A stretch of 62,619 bases of DNA, the filler included, from Globobulimina sp. (lineage: Eukaryota), in NCBI GenBank assembly GCA_003354225.1. It is 18 parts of 18 records of this genome, joined end to end, with 100 filler letters (N's around TTAATTAATTAA, not from the genome) between each part and the next. Parts side by side here need not be neighbours in the genome. Positions count along the whole stretch, not along the records: positions 59,241 to 62,619 come from PIVH01002945.1; 17 more parts are not named here. One strand, written 5' to 3'. The notes beneath the pieces are model-generated. The model was not told where the DNA came from. It did not search any database and saw only the letters and a list, made by a program, of their open reading frames with translations. Each line of letters starts with the position of its first letter. Position 1 is the first letter of the stretch. Of the stretch, positions 60,117 through 62,619 are shown piece after piece. The position numbers were made by a program, and so were the translations under genes.

Positions 60117-61553
60117 TTAAACCTCTGTGTCATATTCAGTCTCTTTTGTGTCACCTTCAAGCTCTTTCTGATTACCAGAAAAACGTAAATACATAGCACA
60201 GCAACTCGCCATGAATAGCAATACTCCCAGTAAAATAAACTTATTCTCACCCATTCTTTCATCGAATAATAAACCAAGTATAACAACAAAATTCAACGGT
60301 ATTCTAAATAAATTCATAACTGTTGCTCTAACATGATCGGCAATATATCTTTCTCTTAATCTACCAACAATGGGCCAATACATTCCAACACAAATCTCAA
60401 ATATAATAAACCCGCACAAATTCAACTCATAACTTCCATAAACATACTTTTGAAACACCATAACATAACCTGCTATCAAACAAAATACGGCAGATATACC
60501 TTCAGCTTTAAAGTTTGTTAAACATCCATTCAACACAGTACCCATCAAACAACTCATCATAAATACAGTGAAAATCATTCCTTCATTCACCTTTATCGTG
60601 CCACTTTTCTTCAATGTTGGAGTCCATGCAAATACAAATAAGTACATAGCGCCCTCGAAACATGCACTAAAACATCCAACCGTAAGCGCCTTATAATCAC
60701 CACTCTTAAACAAAAACTTCATTGTATTCTGTAAACTGCGCCATATTTTAACCTCAGAATTGCCATAATTTTCATTTTTCCAAAACACCAAAATCATAAT
60801 AAATGTTAAACCTTAATAATTGTGAAATAAAAAAAATACAACAAATTATGCAATATTTCGCGTTGTTGGTAGAAAAAACATAGTTAACAAACCTAAAGCA
60901 AATACACTGACATCGAACGGACCAATCTCAGCTGGTTCAATATGATAATGGTCATACACATAATGTGCTGCATGACTTATTGGACCGGCAATGATCGCAA
61001 CAATGCTATTTAACCCCCAAACGAGTTGAAAAGTACTTCCTAATAAATTCGAATCAAAGCCAAGATTATGATGCTCCGAAATCATCCATGACTCAAAACA
61101 TGAAAATAAAATTGAAGTGGATAACCCACCAAAAAATCTTGCCATCATCAATACTTTATAATTGTTGACATGCTTAACCAGTGCGCAAATTGCGTATGTT
61201 ACACAAAATAATAAACACATTTTTTTCCTGCCAAATTTGTCAGCAACAGACCCAATAAATGTACTCACAAATGCTGATGATGCAAATCCAACCATGTACA
61301 AAAACGCGATCTGAGGTGAATTTTTGCCCAAATAAGTTTCGTACAATGTGTACAAAAATGCGCCAGTCATCCAGTCTGCAAACATTGCTGTGAGGAATAC
61401 GATGGTGAACTTTATTTGAAATCTCTTGAATCCTGGAATTATGTTTGATTTTTGATTTGTATCATTTGATGCCTCATTATTGTAAAACTGAATTAGTTTT
61501 AATGAGATTATTATCGCGCCAAGTACTATCGCCCAGATGTAATAAGACTGCAT
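60117..61553 (-). CDS. MFSD5: Molybdate-anion transporter (MOT2/MFSD5-like MFS protein; intron 60812-60892)
   Basis: ADWMTGAFLYTLYETY, GSVADKFGRKK, STSILFSCFESWMISEH, FEGAMYLFVFAWTPTL and RATVMNLFRIPLN. Confidence 0.9.
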
Positions 61554-61785
61554 GAGTGCTATCGCCCAGGTGTAATACACAATTTATTTACTTTTGAAGG
61601 GTTGCTTCTGATGATGGTGAAAGCAAAAATACTAAGAATAAAAACAGCTTAAAAAAACATTTTTAACATTCCAGTCATTCATTTCCTATTTTTTTTTGAT
61701 ATTTGTCTCAGATCAATAAAATTAATGGTGCTACCCGCAAAAAACACAGTTTAAGTACACGATTAATATTAATATTTAATATAAG

Positions 61786-62577
61786 TTATCTGGTTGATCT
61801 TTGAAATTGTTGTAAAAAATAATCGCCATTTTTTCTCGTTTGTGTGACTATTGCATGTTTTTCTTGTTTTTGTACATTTAATTTGTTTCTAATTTGTGTT
61901 TTACGCATTTCAGCTAAATTATTATTTCTTTCCTGTTGCAACCTTTGAACATTTCTTAATTGTAACAATGCTTTACGCGAATAACCTTGTTGTTGCTTAT
62001 AATATTTTTGATCCTGTTGTTTCATCATTTGTTTATAATTCATATTTTCCTCGATTTGTTCCTTTTGCTTATTTAAGATTTGTTGTTTTTGATTTTGTGA
62101 GAAACCTTTAAAATTATATGGAATAAATCTATGTTTATTATTATTACGAACGGTCGCATCCCATGTTTCATTTAAAAATGTCGATTCAAGCATAGTTGTA
62201 ATCTCTTTTTCCGATTTATCCGCATCAATTTGTTTGCATTGTTGCTCTCTGTTTTGTTTATTTTCTCTTTGTAAAATAACAGCATTCGCGCAACTTACCG
62301 ATCTTTCTTTTGCTTGCTCATTTTTTCCTTTTTCTACAGTTTGCAAAAAATTTAAATATTCATTTCTTTGTTTAATATATGTCAAAGTGGATTCTTTTTC
62401 TTTTTTAATGTTTATCTTTTTTTCATTCACAATTTCATCGCACCATTTTGTAAGTTGTTTTTGTTGTTTTTTGATTCGATGATTAATTTTTAAATCTTCG
62501 CCATTAAATTTCTGCAATGAACACGATGGAATTAATTGATTGTCAGTCATTCGTGGCGGTTTATCTTTTGTTGTCAT
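61786..62577 (-). CDS. RIB43A-like axonemal microtubule inner protein, probably 5'-partial
   Basis: Coiled coil with 'STFLNE', 'RFIPYNFKGFSQNQ' and C-terminal 'YFLQQFQRSTR'. Confidence 0.7.
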   Translation of the reverse strand: MTTKDKPPRMTDNQLIPSCSLQKFNGEDLKINHRIKKQQKQLTKWCDEIVNEKKINIKKEKESTLTYIKQRNEYLNFLQTVEKGKNEQAKERSVSCANAVILQRENKQNREQQCKQIDADKSEKEITTMLESTFLNETWDATVRNNNKHRFIPYNFKGFSQNQKQQILNKQKEQIEENMNYKQMMKQQDQKYYKQQQGYSRKALLQLRNVQRLQQERNNNLAEMRKTQIRNKLNVQKQEKHAIVTQTRKNGDYFLQQFQRSTR

Positions 62578-62619
62578 TTGTGGGTCATTTAAATTCCAGG
62601 TATCACAATTTTCGATATT

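Overview
This window is not one locus. It is 18 unrelated contigs of about 3.38 kb, sorted by length and joined by an artificial 100-bp spacer (44 N + TTAATTAATTAA + 44 N), so adjacency across a spacer has no biological meaning. Most contigs come from an AT-rich eukaryote with short (about 35-105 nt) GT-AG introns. PT-repeat and Cys-rich surface proteins, SPRY/RCC1/Kelch expansions and a recurring 'LV.GY.R...IP..I...C' motif suggest a foraminiferan (Rhizaria); this is an inference, not a database result. Housekeeping genes include P5C dehydrogenase, CDC23/APC8, IFT122, a RIB43A-like protein, a kinesin, a CDPK-like kinase, an MFSD5-like transporter, a CLEC16A/FPL protein and tRNA-Val. The most interesting elements are: (1) a GC-richer DIRS/PAT-type retroelement contig (gag-CCHC, RT, RNase H, adenine-methyltransferase-like domain) with identical 119-bp ends, i.e. 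an apparent 3,267-bp circle or tandem unit with no tyrosine recombinase and a highly structured non-coding region; (2) an intron-containing CryptonI-like tyrosine recombinase directly behind a decayed gag-like ORF; (3) a eukaryotic Zn-finger plus GGDEF (diguanylate cyclase-like, GGDKF) gene; (4) a Penelope-like RT/GIY-YIG element with a long C-terminal extension; (5) three MITEs with visible target-site duplications; (6) a GC-rich bacterial folC fragment fused to eukaryotic DNA, probably a chimera. All family calls come from motif recognition by eye; no searches were run.
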